Positions 26,060 to 35,298 of a stretch of DNA of 64,000 bases are shown piece by piece. Each line of letters starts with the position of its first letter. The stretch's first letter is position 1. This stretch comes from Eubacteriales bacterium (GTDB lineage: Bacteria; Bacillota; Clostridia; Oscillospirales; CAG-272), in the NCBI GenBank assembly GCA_045127455.1, contig JBGVQK010000077.1, forward strand, positions 2,370 to 66,369, given 5' to 3'. The position numbers were made by a program, and so were the translations under genes. The notes below the pieces were generated by a model. That model was not told the DNA's origin. It did not search any database and saw only the letters and a program-made list of their open reading frames with translations.

Positions 26060-27157
26060 TTACTCGTCGTCAACATCCTCGCTGATGTTTTTGGCGGCTT
26101 CGGCTCTTTGACGCTCTGCGTCGGCAACAAGGGCGGCTCCCACTTCTTTTTCTTGGTTAGCAGCCTGCGAGCGACGGTTCTTGCGGGCTACACGCTCACG
26201 CGTAGCTCCCAGCGTCTTCTTTTCTTCCGAATGGTCGACAACCGAAATGAAGATATCCTCAAGGCTCATGCCCATGGATTCAATACCGACCAGCGGCCAG
26301 TTGCGCTCCACAAGCTGATAGAACAGCTTTTTGCGAATGTCGATGCCCGCATCGCTCTCGATCATATAAGAGTACGCATCACCGTCGCGCTCTGCCAAGC
26401 CCTCGGCATAGCTGATGCCGGGCATGGAGCGAAGCATTGCAAGCACATCCTTTTGAGGACCTACGATCTTAACGTTAAAGCGGCGGTTTTGGCTCATAAC
26501 GTTTGCAATGTTCTCGGTCTTTTCGTTTGCAACGATCTTGCCCTTGTTGATAATAACGATGCGGTCGCAAACAGCTTGTACCTCTTGCAGAATGTGGGTG
26601 GAAAGAATGACCGTGTGCGATTTGCCCAAGCTGCGGATCAGGTTGCGGATCTCAATGATCTGCTTGGGGTCAAGACCTACCGTGGGTTCATCAAAAATGA
26701 TGACCTTGGGATTGCCGATCAACGCCTGCGCAATGCCTACTCTTTGGCGGTAGCCCTTGGAAAGCGTGCGAATGACCTTGTGGTACATATCGCTGATCTT
26801 TACCGTTTCGCAGATCTTTTCGATGTGCTCGGCGCGCTCCAGCTTGCAGCACTTGAGGTCGTATGCAAAGTTGAGGTATTCCCCAACGGTCATATCCAAA
26901 TAGAGGGGAGGCTGCTCGGGGAGATATCCGATCAGCTTTTTTGCGCCAATGGGGTCACTGAGAATATCAATGCCCGCAATGCAAGCCTTGCCGGAGGTGG
27001 AAGAAAGATATCCGGTAAGAATATTCATCGTGGTACTCTTGCCCGCACCGTTGGGGCCCAAGAAGCCAACGATCTCGCCTTCTTCAACCGAAAAGCTGAT
27101 GTCGTCCACAGCACAGGTGGTGCCGTAATTTTTTACAAGATGCTCAATTTTTATCAT
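26060..27157 (-). CDS. ABC transporter ATP-binding protein (with charged C-terminal extension)
   Basis: Start set at MIKIEHLVKNYG. Walker A is GPNGAGKST, signature is LSKGYRQR, Walker B is VIIFDEP. Confidence 0.85.
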   Translation of the reverse strand: MIKIEHLVKNYGTTCAVDDISFSVEEGEIVGFLGPNGAGKSTTMNILTGYLSSTSGKACIAGIDILSDPIGAKKLIGYLPEQPPLYLDMTVGEYLNFAYDLKCCKLERAEHIEKICETVKISDMYHKVIRTLSKGYRQRVGIAQALIGNPKVIIFDEPTVGLDPKQIIEIRNLIRSLGKSHTVILSTHILQEVQAVCDRIVIINKGKIVANEKTENIANVMSQNRRFNVKIVGPQKDVLAMLRSMPGISYAEGLAERDGDAYSYMIESDAGIDIRKKLFYQLVERNWPLVGIESMGMSLEDIFISVVDHSEEKKTLGATRERVARKNRRSQAANQEKEVGAALVADAERQRAEAAKNISEDVDDE

Positions 27158-27447
27158 GAGAGGGTACGATCCTTTCTGACTCATTCGGGAGAAAAAACAC
27201 TCCCACATTTATAATTCAAATTATATTTTAACATACATATATGACAAAACAATGAACAAGCGCAAAGAAATGTCACACTCCCCTATGATTTTCTTGTGAA
27301 AATTGCGTGTCTTTTTGCAAAAAAATTACACGCGCTGCATAAAACGCCCACAAAAGGCAAAAATAAAGACAGCAAGACGCGCGAGTGGGATATTTTTCGC
27401 ATCCAACCCCGCGGGCGCAATATCATCATACCAAAAGGAGTATCAAA

Positions 27448-28170
27448 ATGCAAAAGAACTGGAAAGATTCTCAATTCTTCAAAAAGCTGAAGCACATTCG
27501 CGTAAACCGTGCAGTTTACCTTTGTGCTATTATCGTGCTTCTCTCCATCTCCGTTGTGCTCATCATCACTGCCGTTAACAACCGTGCCAACAAGCTCCCC
27601 GAAGGCACCACACCTCCCCCCGTTACCACCCCCGAGCCCGAAGGTACTACCCCTCCCCCCGAAACAGGAAACACAGACAAGCCTACCCTGAACAATACCA
27701 TTCCCGAGTTTGCTCTGCCTGTGAGCGGTGTGCTTTCCAAAAAGCATAGCGTGGATACGCAGGTGTTTTCCCCTACGTTGAACGAATACCGCGTACACTT
27801 GGGCATTGACATTGCCACCGAGGAGGCCGCTCCCGTTTGCGCTATGGCGGCAGGAACCGTGGCACAGATTTGGGAAGACCCTATGATGGGCTGGAGCGTG
27901 GCGATCTCTCACACGGGAGATGCGGTAACGGTTTATAAAAACCTTTCCAAGCAGCTTGCCGAGGGCATCAGCGTTGGTGCTGAGGTAGAAGCAGGTCAGC
28001 TTTTGGGCTGCGTAGGAGACAGCGCTATGATCGAAATTGCCGAAGAGCCTCACCTGCACATGGAAATGACCGTAAAGGGCATTCAGGTAGATCCTTTGGA
28101 ATATTTCAGCAAGGAAGTGCTCTCCGCCATTACCGAGGACTCCATTTACGAATCCGAGACCGACAAATAA
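27448..28170 (+). CDS. Membrane-anchored M23/LytM family metallopeptidase (possibly SpoIIQ-like)
   Basis: Start set at MQKNWKD (RBS AAAGGAG). TM helix, then a P/T-rich linker, then HLGIDI (HxxxD) and HLHMEM (HxH). The SpoIIQ idea rests only on architecture. Confidence 0.8.
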   Translation: MQKNWKDSQFFKKLKHIRVNRAVYLCAIIVLLSISVVLIITAVNNRANKLPEGTTPPPVTTPEPEGTTPPPETGNTDKPTLNNTIPEFALPVSGVLSKKHSVDTQVFSPTLNEYRVHLGIDIATEEAAPVCAMAAGTVAQIWEDPMMGWSVAISHTGDAVTVYKNLSKQLAEGISVGAEVEAGQLLGCVGDSAMIEIAEEPHLHMEMTVKGIQVDPLEYFSKEVLSAITEDSIYESETDK

Positions 28171-28183
28171 CAATGCAAAATCC

Positions 28184-28213
28184 AAGCGGATGCCACACAG
28201 CATCCGCTTTTTG
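28184..28213 (+). terminator. Intrinsic terminator after the M23 gene
   Basis: AAGCGGATG-N8-CATCCGCTT followed by TTTT. Confidence 0.7.
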
Positions 28214-28289
28214 TGTCCCCTTTTTCTCTGTTTTGCATACACTGTAGTGAGGTTATACAACCTCAAATAATGAGAAAAAAGGAGAAATT

Positions 28290-29144
28290 ATGGCGCAATT
28301 TACAAATCAGGCGCAGTTATCATATAACAACGCAACCATCAACTCCAACGTTGCGGTAGGCGAGGTTTTGGAGGTGCTTTCCGCCAACAAAACCGCCGTA
28401 ACCACCACCTATACCCCCGGCGGTGACGTCACCTACGTCATCAGCGCAGTCAACGCAGGAGCTACTCCCATAGGCGGCATCACCGTGAGCGACAACCTCG
28501 GTGCCTACACGTTTGGCGAGACCACGCTCTATCCCCTGACCTATAAGGATGGCTCTGTTCGCCTCTATATCAACGGGGTTCTGCAAGCAGCCCCCACCGT
28601 TGAGGCAGGTCCTCCCCTCGTAGTCAGCGATATCACACTCCCCGCAAACAGCAATATGGTGCTCATTTATGAGGCAAACGTCAACGCCTTTGCACCCCTT
28701 GGTGAGACAGACAGTATTGTAAACACTGCAACCGTCTCGGGCGGTGGCATCTCCACCCCTTTGGTCGTAACCGAAACCGTTACCCCCATTGCCGAGCCCG
28801 TGCTTGATATTACCAAGAGCATCAGTCCCGTGCCCGTAGCGGAGAACGGTGTTGTGACCTATACGTTTATCATTCGCAATAGCGGAAACGCCCCTGCAGA
28901 TGCCTCGGCAAACGTGACCCTGAGGGACACCTTTTTGCCTGTTCTTTCGGATCTGACCGTCCTTTTGAACGGTGCAGAGCTCGCACAGGGTACCGGCTAC
29001 ACCTACGCTATTACCGAAGGTGAATTTGCAACCGTGCCCGGTGTGATCACCGTTCCTGCGGCAACCTATACGCAAGATCCCGCAACCGGCGTTTGGTCGG
29101 TAACCCCCGGTGTAACAACGCTTACCGTTAGTGGCACAATTTAA
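28290..29144 (+). CDS. DUF11 (conserved repeat domain) protein, two tandem beta-sandwich-type repeats, no signal peptide, no Cys
   Basis: GGDVTYVISAVNAGATPIGGITVSDNLG and NGVVTYTFIIRNSGNAPADASANVTLRDTF fit the DUF11/TIGR01451 pattern. RBS is AAGGAGA. Confidence 0.7.
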   Translation: MAQFTNQAQLSYNNATINSNVAVGEVLEVLSANKTAVTTTYTPGGDVTYVISAVNAGATPIGGITVSDNLGAYTFGETTLYPLTYKDGSVRLYINGVLQAAPTVEAGPPLVVSDITLPANSNMVLIYEANVNAFAPLGETDSIVNTATVSGGGISTPLVVTETVTPIAEPVLDITKSISPVPVAENGVVTYTFIIRNSGNAPADASANVTLRDTFLPVLSDLTVLLNGAELAQGTGYTYAITEGEFATVPGVITVPAATYTQDPATGVWSVTPGVTTLTVSGTI

Positions 29145-29165
29145 GCGAAAAAGCACCACGTCCAA

Positions 29166-29212
29166 CAAAAAACGGACCGGACAACGCCCTCGTTGTCCGG
29201 TCTTTCGTTTTA
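29166..29212. terminator. Bidirectional intrinsic terminator
   Basis: GACCGGACAACG-CCCT-CGTTGTCCGGTC with an A-run upstream and a T-rich tail downstream. Confidence 0.8.
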
Positions 29213-29878
29213 TTCTTCTTTGATTTCTTCTTGGATCTCTTCTTCGATCTCTTCTTGGGTTTCTTCCTCGGGCTCTTCTTTCGCTTCTTCTACGGGCTCT
29301 TCACCGCGCTGTGCTATCAGATCCTCTTGATAGACGTAATAGCGCTTTTTGAAGGTGAAGATTGTTGCAAAGCAGCAAAGTGCGCAAAGCAGAGCAAACA
29401 ACAAAACGCTGGGATTGAACTCCCACGCGGCGGTGCTGTTGGCAAGCAACTGACGTTCGCCGTTGATAACGACACTTACCGAGTGAATGCGGTCAAAATC
29501 AAAGCTTGTTTTCCATTCGTGGCGGATCTCCTCGGCAAGACGCGGATAAAGCGTCAATCCCTCAAGCTCGATCTCGTCGCGCTCGCGACCGTTGCCAACC
29601 ACGATGATAATGCGCTCAATCTCTGCTTTTTTATCCTCATAGTTGATAAGATATCCGTTCAGCTGCGAAACAAAATTTTGATTTGTTGTATCAAGAGGAG
29701 ACGAGGAAACGTCAAACGCCTCTTTTACGGCGATCTCCTTGCCACCCCCTGTTGAAAACAAGGATATCAGCGTCAGCACCAAAAAAGCAAGTGCCAAAGC
29801 ACCGCTGAGCGCCACGAGCAGATTTTTGCCAATGTGCTTTTTGCATTGCGTTTTTAATTCTATCCAATCTATTTTCAT
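29210..29878 (-). CDS. Two-TM membrane protein with highly acidic EE-repeat C-terminal tail
   Basis: Start set at MKIDWIEL (GGGAGGA RBS). The tail reads EEPVEEAKEEPEEETQEEIEEEIQEEIKEE. Confidence 0.5.
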   Translation of the reverse strand: MKIDWIELKTQCKKHIGKNLLVALSGALALAFLVLTLISLFSTGGGKEIAVKEAFDVSSSPLDTTNQNFVSQLNGYLINYEDKKAEIERIIIVVGNGRERDEIELEGLTLYPRLAEEIRHEWKTSFDFDRIHSVSVVINGERQLLANSTAAWEFNPSVLLFALLCALCCFATIFTFKKRYYVYQEDLIAQRGEEPVEEAKEEPEEETQEEIEEEIQEEIKEE

Positions 29879-29966
29879 TTCAAAAGGTCCTCCCTTCGTC
29901 ATTCTTTTTTATTATAACATACTGCCAAGCGTTGTGCAATATTTTTTCAAAATCTTTTCAAATATG

Positions 29967-29995
29967 TTGCAAAATATTCGCGATTGTGCTATAAT
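29967..29995 (+). promoter_or_regulatory. Consensus sigma-A promoter of the ABC exporter pair
   Basis: TTGCAA-17 nt-TATAAT with a TGC extended -10. Confidence 0.65.
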
Positions 29996-30031
29996 AAGGC
30001 ATCATTCACCAATGAAAGGAACGATTTTATA

Positions 30032-30778
30032 ATGCTACACGTTTCGCACGTCACCAAAAAATACGGAAAGGTCATTGCCTGCAACGACGTCAGCTTTGAT
30101 CTCGCCCCCGGCAGCGTGACCGTTCTTTTAGGTCCCAACGGCGCCGGCAAAAGCACCTTGATGAAGGCTGCTATCGGCTTTTTGCGTTACGACGGTGATA
30201 TTTTTGTAGGCGGTATTCCCAACAAGACCACCGATGCGCGACGCCTTTTGGGCTATATTCCCGAGCTTCCCTCGCTCTATCCCAACCTCACGGTTTCGGA
30301 GCATATGGAATTTGTTGCACGCGCTTATCGCCTGACCGATTACAAGGCATACGCAGATGAGCTTTTGGAAAGATTTGAGCTTAGCGATAAAAAGCGCAAA
30401 TTTGGAGATGAGCTCTCAAAGGGTATGCAGCAAAAGCTGAATATTTGTCTCGGCCTTTTGCCCCGCCCCAAGATGCTGCTGCTCGACGAGCCGATGATCG
30501 GTCTTGACCCGCACGCTATTAAGGAGCTAAAGCAAATGCTTGCCGAAATGCGTGCCGCGGGATGCACTCTGCTCATCAGCACGCATATTATCGACAGCGT
30601 GGATATGCTATGGGACAGAACCATTATTATGCAAAACGGAACGTTGCGTGCAAACGTCACCCGTGAGGAGCTGGAGGCGCAAAGCAAGACGCTTGAGGAT
30701 CTCTTTTTTGAGGTGACCGAGGGGATCGCAAGAGAGACGGAGGCTTCTACCCCCGATGCAAAGGAGCAAGCACAATGA
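30032..30778 (+). CDS. ABC transporter ATP-binding protein
   Basis: Start set at MLHVSHVTKKYG. Walker A is GPNGAGKST, signature is LSKGMQQK, Walker B is LLLLDEP. Confidence 0.85.
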   Translation: MLHVSHVTKKYGKVIACNDVSFDLAPGSVTVLLGPNGAGKSTLMKAAIGFLRYDGDIFVGGIPNKTTDARRLLGYIPELPSLYPNLTVSEHMEFVARAYRLTDYKAYADELLERFELSDKKRKFGDELSKGMQQKLNICLGLLPRPKMLLLDEPMIGLDPHAIKELKQMLAEMRAAGCTLLISTHIIDSVDMLWDRTIIMQNGTLRANVTREELEAQSKTLEDLFFEVTEGIARETEASTPDAKEQAQ

Positions 30779-32430
30779 AGCTGTTTTTCTATTACGCCTT
30801 TTGCTCGGTAAAGAATCAGCTGCGCAAGCTATTTAAAACTTGGGTTGCCGTGTTCTTTGCAATATGCATACTCTTTGGCGTAGTGATCGGTCTCGGTGCA
30901 GCTTTTATTGAGGACCTTGCCGACATTCCGGATGAAGAAATGCCACCTGAGGAAGAGGTTTTGCCCGATGAAGAGCTTTACCCCGAGGAGGAAATGACCG
31001 AAGAGGACATTGCCCAAATGATGCAGGTTATTGAATTGATCGCCGGCGGTGTTATTTTGCTGGTGTTCGTCTTCAATTCCCTTTCGGCAGACAAAAACGG
31101 CTGTGCCGTCTTTTTGCAGGCAGACGTGAACCTGTTGTTTGCTTCCCCCATGAAGCCGCAATCGGTGCTTCTGTTCCGCCTTATGACACAGATCGGCACG
31201 TCGCTCGTTTTGAGCATTTATTTGTTATTCCAGGTACCCAATCTCGTTTTCAACCTTGGCGTACCGCTGCTTGGAGCCGTCGCCGTTATTTTTACTTGGG
31301 GACTTGTGCTGATACTGAGCAAGCTCCTTCAGGTACTGCTCTACACCCTCAGCTCTACCTATCCGCACGTCAAAAAATATATCCGTCCTGCCGTTTTTGC
31401 ACTTGTTGGAATCATTGGTGCAGCCTTTGTGATCTATTGGAAGAGCTCCGATGCTGACCCGCTGACGGCTGCTATGCAATTCTTTAACGCCCCCATCACA
31501 CGATGGATCCCTGTTTGGGGATGGCTCAAGGGCTTTTGTATGTTTGCTATTGAAGGCAACGTTTTGTTCCTGATCATCTCCCTGCTGTTATTGGTTTTGA
31601 CCACCGTGGCACTCGTTTGGGGGATTTGGACGATGCGCGTTGATTTTTATGAGGATGCGATGGCAAAATCGGAGGAGACCGCAGAGCTGCAGCGTGCAGC
31701 GGATAGCGGCAATACCGTTGTAATAAAGAAGAAAAAAGATCGCAATGAAAAACTCCGCCGTGACGGACTCAACCACGGTTGGGGAGCAAGCGTTTACTTT
31801 TTTAAAACGATGTATAACCGTTTTCGCTTTGCACCGCTCGGTATATTTACCAAAACGACCGTTACCTATTTGGTAGCAGGTGTTGGCACGGCATACGTTT
31901 TGCGCTTTATGATGGGGGTGGCAAGCTTTATCCCCGTTGCGCTCGTGCTGGCAGTTTGCGCATTCTTCCGTTCGCTCGGCAATCCCTTGTCGCAGGATAC
32001 GGGAATGGATAGCTTTATTATGATACCGGAAAGTCCGTGGGCAAAAATGTTCTATTCCCTTTTGGGTGGCTCGGTTTCTTGCTTACTCGACCTGCTCCCC
32101 GCTATGCTCGTAGCCACAGTGCTAATGCAATCAAATCCCTTAGAAACGGTTGCATGGACCCTCTTTATTGTAACGCTTGACTTTTATTCCACCTCTGTGG
32201 CAACCTTTATTGATCTTTCTATCCCCACCGCAACGGCAAAGCAGATCAAAAGCGTTATACAAGTTATGTTCGTTTACTTTGGCATATTGCCCGACGTTGC
32301 TATATTGATTATTGGCGGCATCTTTTCCGCGCTCCCGATCGCTGCCGTAATTGCCGCATTGGCAAATATGTGCATCGGTGCCGTATTTTTTGCACTGTCT
32401 CCCTTGTTTTTAACAAACGGAAGAAAATAA
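30775..32430 (+). CDS. Polytopic membrane protein, putative ABC exporter permease partner
   Basis: ATGA overlap with the ATPase gene. About 10-12 TM helices, with an acidic PEEE-rich loop after TM1. Confidence 0.6.
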   Translation: MKLFFYYAFCSVKNQLRKLFKTWVAVFFAICILFGVVIGLGAAFIEDLADIPDEEMPPEEEVLPDEELYPEEEMTEEDIAQMMQVIELIAGGVILLVFVFNSLSADKNGCAVFLQADVNLLFASPMKPQSVLLFRLMTQIGTSLVLSIYLLFQVPNLVFNLGVPLLGAVAVIFTWGLVLILSKLLQVLLYTLSSTYPHVKKYIRPAVFALVGIIGAAFVIYWKSSDADPLTAAMQFFNAPITRWIPVWGWLKGFCMFAIEGNVLFLIISLLLLVLTTVALVWGIWTMRVDFYEDAMAKSEETAELQRAADSGNTVVIKKKKDRNEKLRRDGLNHGWGASVYFFKTMYNRFRFAPLGIFTKTTVTYLVAGVGTAYVLRFMMGVASFIPVALVLAVCAFFRSLGNPLSQDTGMDSFIMIPESPWAKMFYSLLGGSVSCLLDLLPAMLVATVLMQSNPLETVAWTLFIVTLDFYSTSVATFIDLSIPTATAKQIKSVIQVMFVYFGILPDVAILIIGGIFSALPIAAVIAALANMCIGAVFFALSPLFLTNGRK

Positions 32431-32437
32431 TAAATAA

Positions 32438-32473
32438 TAAAGCAGAACGTACCGCGATACGTTCTGCTTTTTG
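32438..32473. terminator. Bidirectional intrinsic terminator
   Basis: AGCAGAACGTA-CCGCGA-TACGTTCTGCT followed by TTTT. Confidence 0.8.
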
Positions 32474-32486
32474 ATTTATGATTGAT

Positions 32487-33326
32487 TTACACCTGTTTTT
32501 TAACGTAAGGGGTATCAAAAACGGGTTGCCCTTTCATTCTGTCTTGCACCAAAGGAGTGGGGGTTGCGAGTGTGCCCGCCTCAAGAATGATTTGTGCGGC
32601 GGCGGCAGTCCACTCGGTAACGCGCAGGTCTCCGCCCACGATATCGTTCATCACAAGAGATGCTCCCTCACCAAAGCCGCGACCGCAGTTGTGGTAAGCG
32701 AACGCCCCCTGGAAGATGCTCATATCGTTTGTGAGCACCAAGCCGCTCATGCCAACGTCAATGGCAGAGCCCTTGCCAAGCGAAAAGATGGCGGCATCGC
32801 AAAAATCGGTCAGGGGCTTGCCTTCGTGGCGTGCACCGATATATCCGCCCACGTTGAGGATGAGCGGAATCTTTCTCGCGCGGCAAATTTCATATACGCG
32901 AGAGAGCTTGTAATCGTCTTTTCTGCCAACCAAATAATCGAGCACAACGGCACGGATCGGCAATTCAATGCTCTCTAAAAATGCTTCAAGATTTTTGGGG
33001 CGGATCATGCCGCAATTTTCGCACACGTCGGCAAAAACAGGGGTGGAGCCAACGCAAACGGCAACGAGCGAATCGGCAGGTGCCGAGACCTCGCCAACAA
33101 CGGTTGCATCACTTGTTTGACCCTCGCCAAAGCGCGCTCCAAAGTGGCGCAGAGCAGCCTCGTAAGCTGCATCGTAGCTGTGACAGAGAAGTCCGTATTT
33201 TGCACCGCTATACTCTGCCAGCGCCTTTGCGGCAGAAACGGAATAGGTACCAATGGTGCCCCAAACACCGCTTTCAAGAACGGAAAGCTCGGTTTCGATC
33301 AATTTCTTTTGCATATCCATTTCCAT
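32487..33326 (-). CDS. Truncated/divergent DegT/DnrJ/EryC1-like aminotransferase-fold protein
   Basis: 279 aa. FSLGKGSAIDVGMSGLVLTND resembles the PLP-lysine region, but the GEGG element is not conserved. The start may be the 3rd Met (33320). Confidence 0.5.
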   Translation of the reverse strand: MEMDMQKKLIETELSVLESGVWGTIGTYSVSAAKALAEYSGAKYGLLCHSYDAAYEAALRHFGARFGEGQTSDATVVGEVSAPADSLVAVCVGSTPVFADVCENCGMIRPKNLEAFLESIELPIRAVVLDYLVGRKDDYKLSRVYEICRARKIPLILNVGGYIGARHEGKPLTDFCDAAIFSLGKGSAIDVGMSGLVLTNDMSIFQGAFAYHNCGRGFGEGASLVMNDIVGGDLRVTEWTAAAAQIILEAGTLATPTPLVQDRMKGQPVFDTPYVKKQV

Positions 33327-33332
33327 TCCTCC

Positions 33333-34529
33333 TTACACGGTTTTGAGTTCATCAGCGTGCTCCCACACCTTAACGATGGCGTCTACAATGGCATCAAGGG
33401 TCTTTCTGTCGGAGAGAAGGACTGCTTGACCCATCCAAGAGCCTTCAAGGAAGGATGCCTTATCGCACGCGGGAAGCGGTGTGACGTCGATCTTGCCACC
33501 GATCATTCTTTCGGTATCGCGAGAGGTCACGCAGGGGAAGGTGTAAAGAGGCGCGTAGCCCGAGCAGATCGGCACGCCCTCTGCCACCAAAGCCTTGATG
33601 AATTGGTCGCGCGTGATGCCCTTTTCTTTCAATGCGTCCTTTTTAAAGCGCATCAAAAAGAGGTGATATGCGTGTGTTGTGATGCGCTCGTCATAGGCAA
33701 GATGCTCAACAAAGCCAAGCCCCTTGAGTCTACCTGCAAGGTATGCGGCATTCTTATCGCGCAAAACGACCTCGCGCGCAAGCTTGCTATATTGAGAAAG
33801 CAGAATGGAAGCCTGCAGCTCGGTGATGCGGTGATCCTGTGCGACACTGACGTATTGACCGTCCTCTTTGCCGCCCGAGAGCATCAATTCAAGCTTTTTT
33901 GCAAGGACGTCATCGTTTGTTGTAATAATTCCGCCCTCGCCGCTCGTCAAATTTTTAGAGTTTTGGCAAGAGATAGAAGCTGCATCGCCATAGGCGCAAA
34001 TGTTCTTCCCTTTCCACTCGGCTCCAACACCTTGCGCGGCATCAACAATGAGTTTGATGCCCTTACGGTGTGCGATCTCTTCAAGCGCGTCAAGATTGGG
34101 CGGACATCCGCCAACGGCAACCGCAACGATGGCGCGGGTCTTGTCGGTGATCTTCTCTTCAACCGAGGCGGGAGAGATAAGGTAGTTCGCGTCGTCGATA
34201 TCGGCAAACACAGGCTTTGCACCTGCGAAAACAATAGACGAAAGCGTTGCGATAAATGTGTAGGGGGGCAGAATGACCTCGTCACCTCTGCCAATGCCAA
34301 AGCCGCGCAAAAGCAGCTCGAGAGATACGGTGCCGTTGGCTACGGCAAAGCAATGTGCCACGCCACAGTCCTTGGCAAAAGTCTCTTCAAACTGTTTGCG
34401 GAGTTTGCCGCTGCCATAATTGCCCGAAAGAAGCGTATCTTTGAGCATTTCGCGGTCAATATCGGTGACCTGCGGCCAAGCAGGTATATTTTGTTTTAGA
34501 ACAGGTGTGCCGCCGTGAATTGCAAGCAT
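33333..34529 (-). CDS. DegT/DnrJ/EryC1/StrS family sugar aminotransferase
   Basis: SCQNSKNLTSGEGGIITTND carries the PLP-Lys motif. 398 aa. RBS is AAAGGAGA. Confidence 0.85.
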   Translation of the reverse strand: MLAIHGGTPVLKQNIPAWPQVTDIDREMLKDTLLSGNYGSGKLRKQFEETFAKDCGVAHCFAVANGTVSLELLLRGFGIGRGDEVILPPYTFIATLSSIVFAGAKPVFADIDDANYLISPASVEEKITDKTRAIVAVAVGGCPPNLDALEEIAHRKGIKLIVDAAQGVGAEWKGKNICAYGDAASISCQNSKNLTSGEGGIITTNDDVLAKKLELMLSGGKEDGQYVSVAQDHRITELQASILLSQYSKLAREVVLRDKNAAYLAGRLKGLGFVEHLAYDERITTHAYHLFLMRFKKDALKEKGITRDQFIKALVAEGVPICSGYAPLYTFPCVTSRDTERMIGGKIDVTPLPACDKASFLEGSWMGQAVLLSDRKTLDAIVDAIVKVWEHADELKTV

Positions 34530-34557
34530 AGTGTTTCTCCTTTATGTATGATGTCGC

Positions 34558-35298
34558 TCAAAGTGAGCGAATAGTTCCTTTGTATTTTGCGATGTATTTT
34601 TCGTTCGCCTCATCACCGCCAACGGTGTTGGCAGATTGGAAGACCTCGGGACTTGTTTTGCGTTCTTGCGCGATCTCAATGCCGCGACAAACCGCCGCCT
34701 GCAGGATCATAGAGCCGATAACGGTTGAGGTTGCACCCGTGGTGGCATCTCCCACCTCGATCGCCGCGTCTCCGTAGCAGCCCTTGTTGTCGATCACAAC
34801 GTCGCACACCTCGCAAAGCTTGCGGCCCGCGGGGTGACGGGAGCGAGAGCGTGCCGCGTGGGTCAGGTTGGTGATACAGACAGTTTTGAGTCCGCGTGCG
34901 CGTGCTTCCTCTGCCATTTCAACGGCTACGGTGTTGCAGCCCGAATTGGAAAAGAGGAACATCACACCGCCCTCTTTGATGGCGTCTACGTCGTCAAGAA
35001 GCACGGATGCCAAGCCCGTAACGCGTTCCAGCTGACTGCTTGCCGCCGCCGCGCGATGGAGCATCAGGGAGTCCTCAAAAATAGGACAAACGCGTACAAG
35101 ACCGCCTGCGCGATAGAAGATCTCCTCGGCAAGAATGTGGGAGTGCCCCGTGCCAAAAGTAAAAACGTATCCACCGTTGCAAAGCGCATCCGCGATCAGC
35201 TCAGCCGCGCTTTCGATGTTCTTCTCTTGAGTGCTTTCAACCGCCTCGATAAGGCGTTTGATCTCGTTGATATAACGTTGTGCAGAGTTCATTTGCAT
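34558..35298 (-). CDS. SIS-domain protein, UPF0309 family
   Basis: FTFGTGHSHILAEEIFYRAGGL is the UPF0309 hallmark as I recall it. Confidence 0.7.
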   Translation of the reverse strand: MQMNSAQRYINEIKRLIEAVESTQEKNIESAAELIADALCNGGYVFTFGTGHSHILAEEIFYRAGGLVRVCPIFEDSLMLHRAAAASSQLERVTGLASVLLDDVDAIKEGGVMFLFSNSGCNTVAVEMAEEARARGLKTVCITNLTHAARSRSRHPAGRKLCEVCDVVIDNKGCYGDAAIEVGDATTGATSTVIGSMILQAAVCRGIEIAQERKTSPEVFQSANTVGGDEANEKYIAKYKGTIRSL

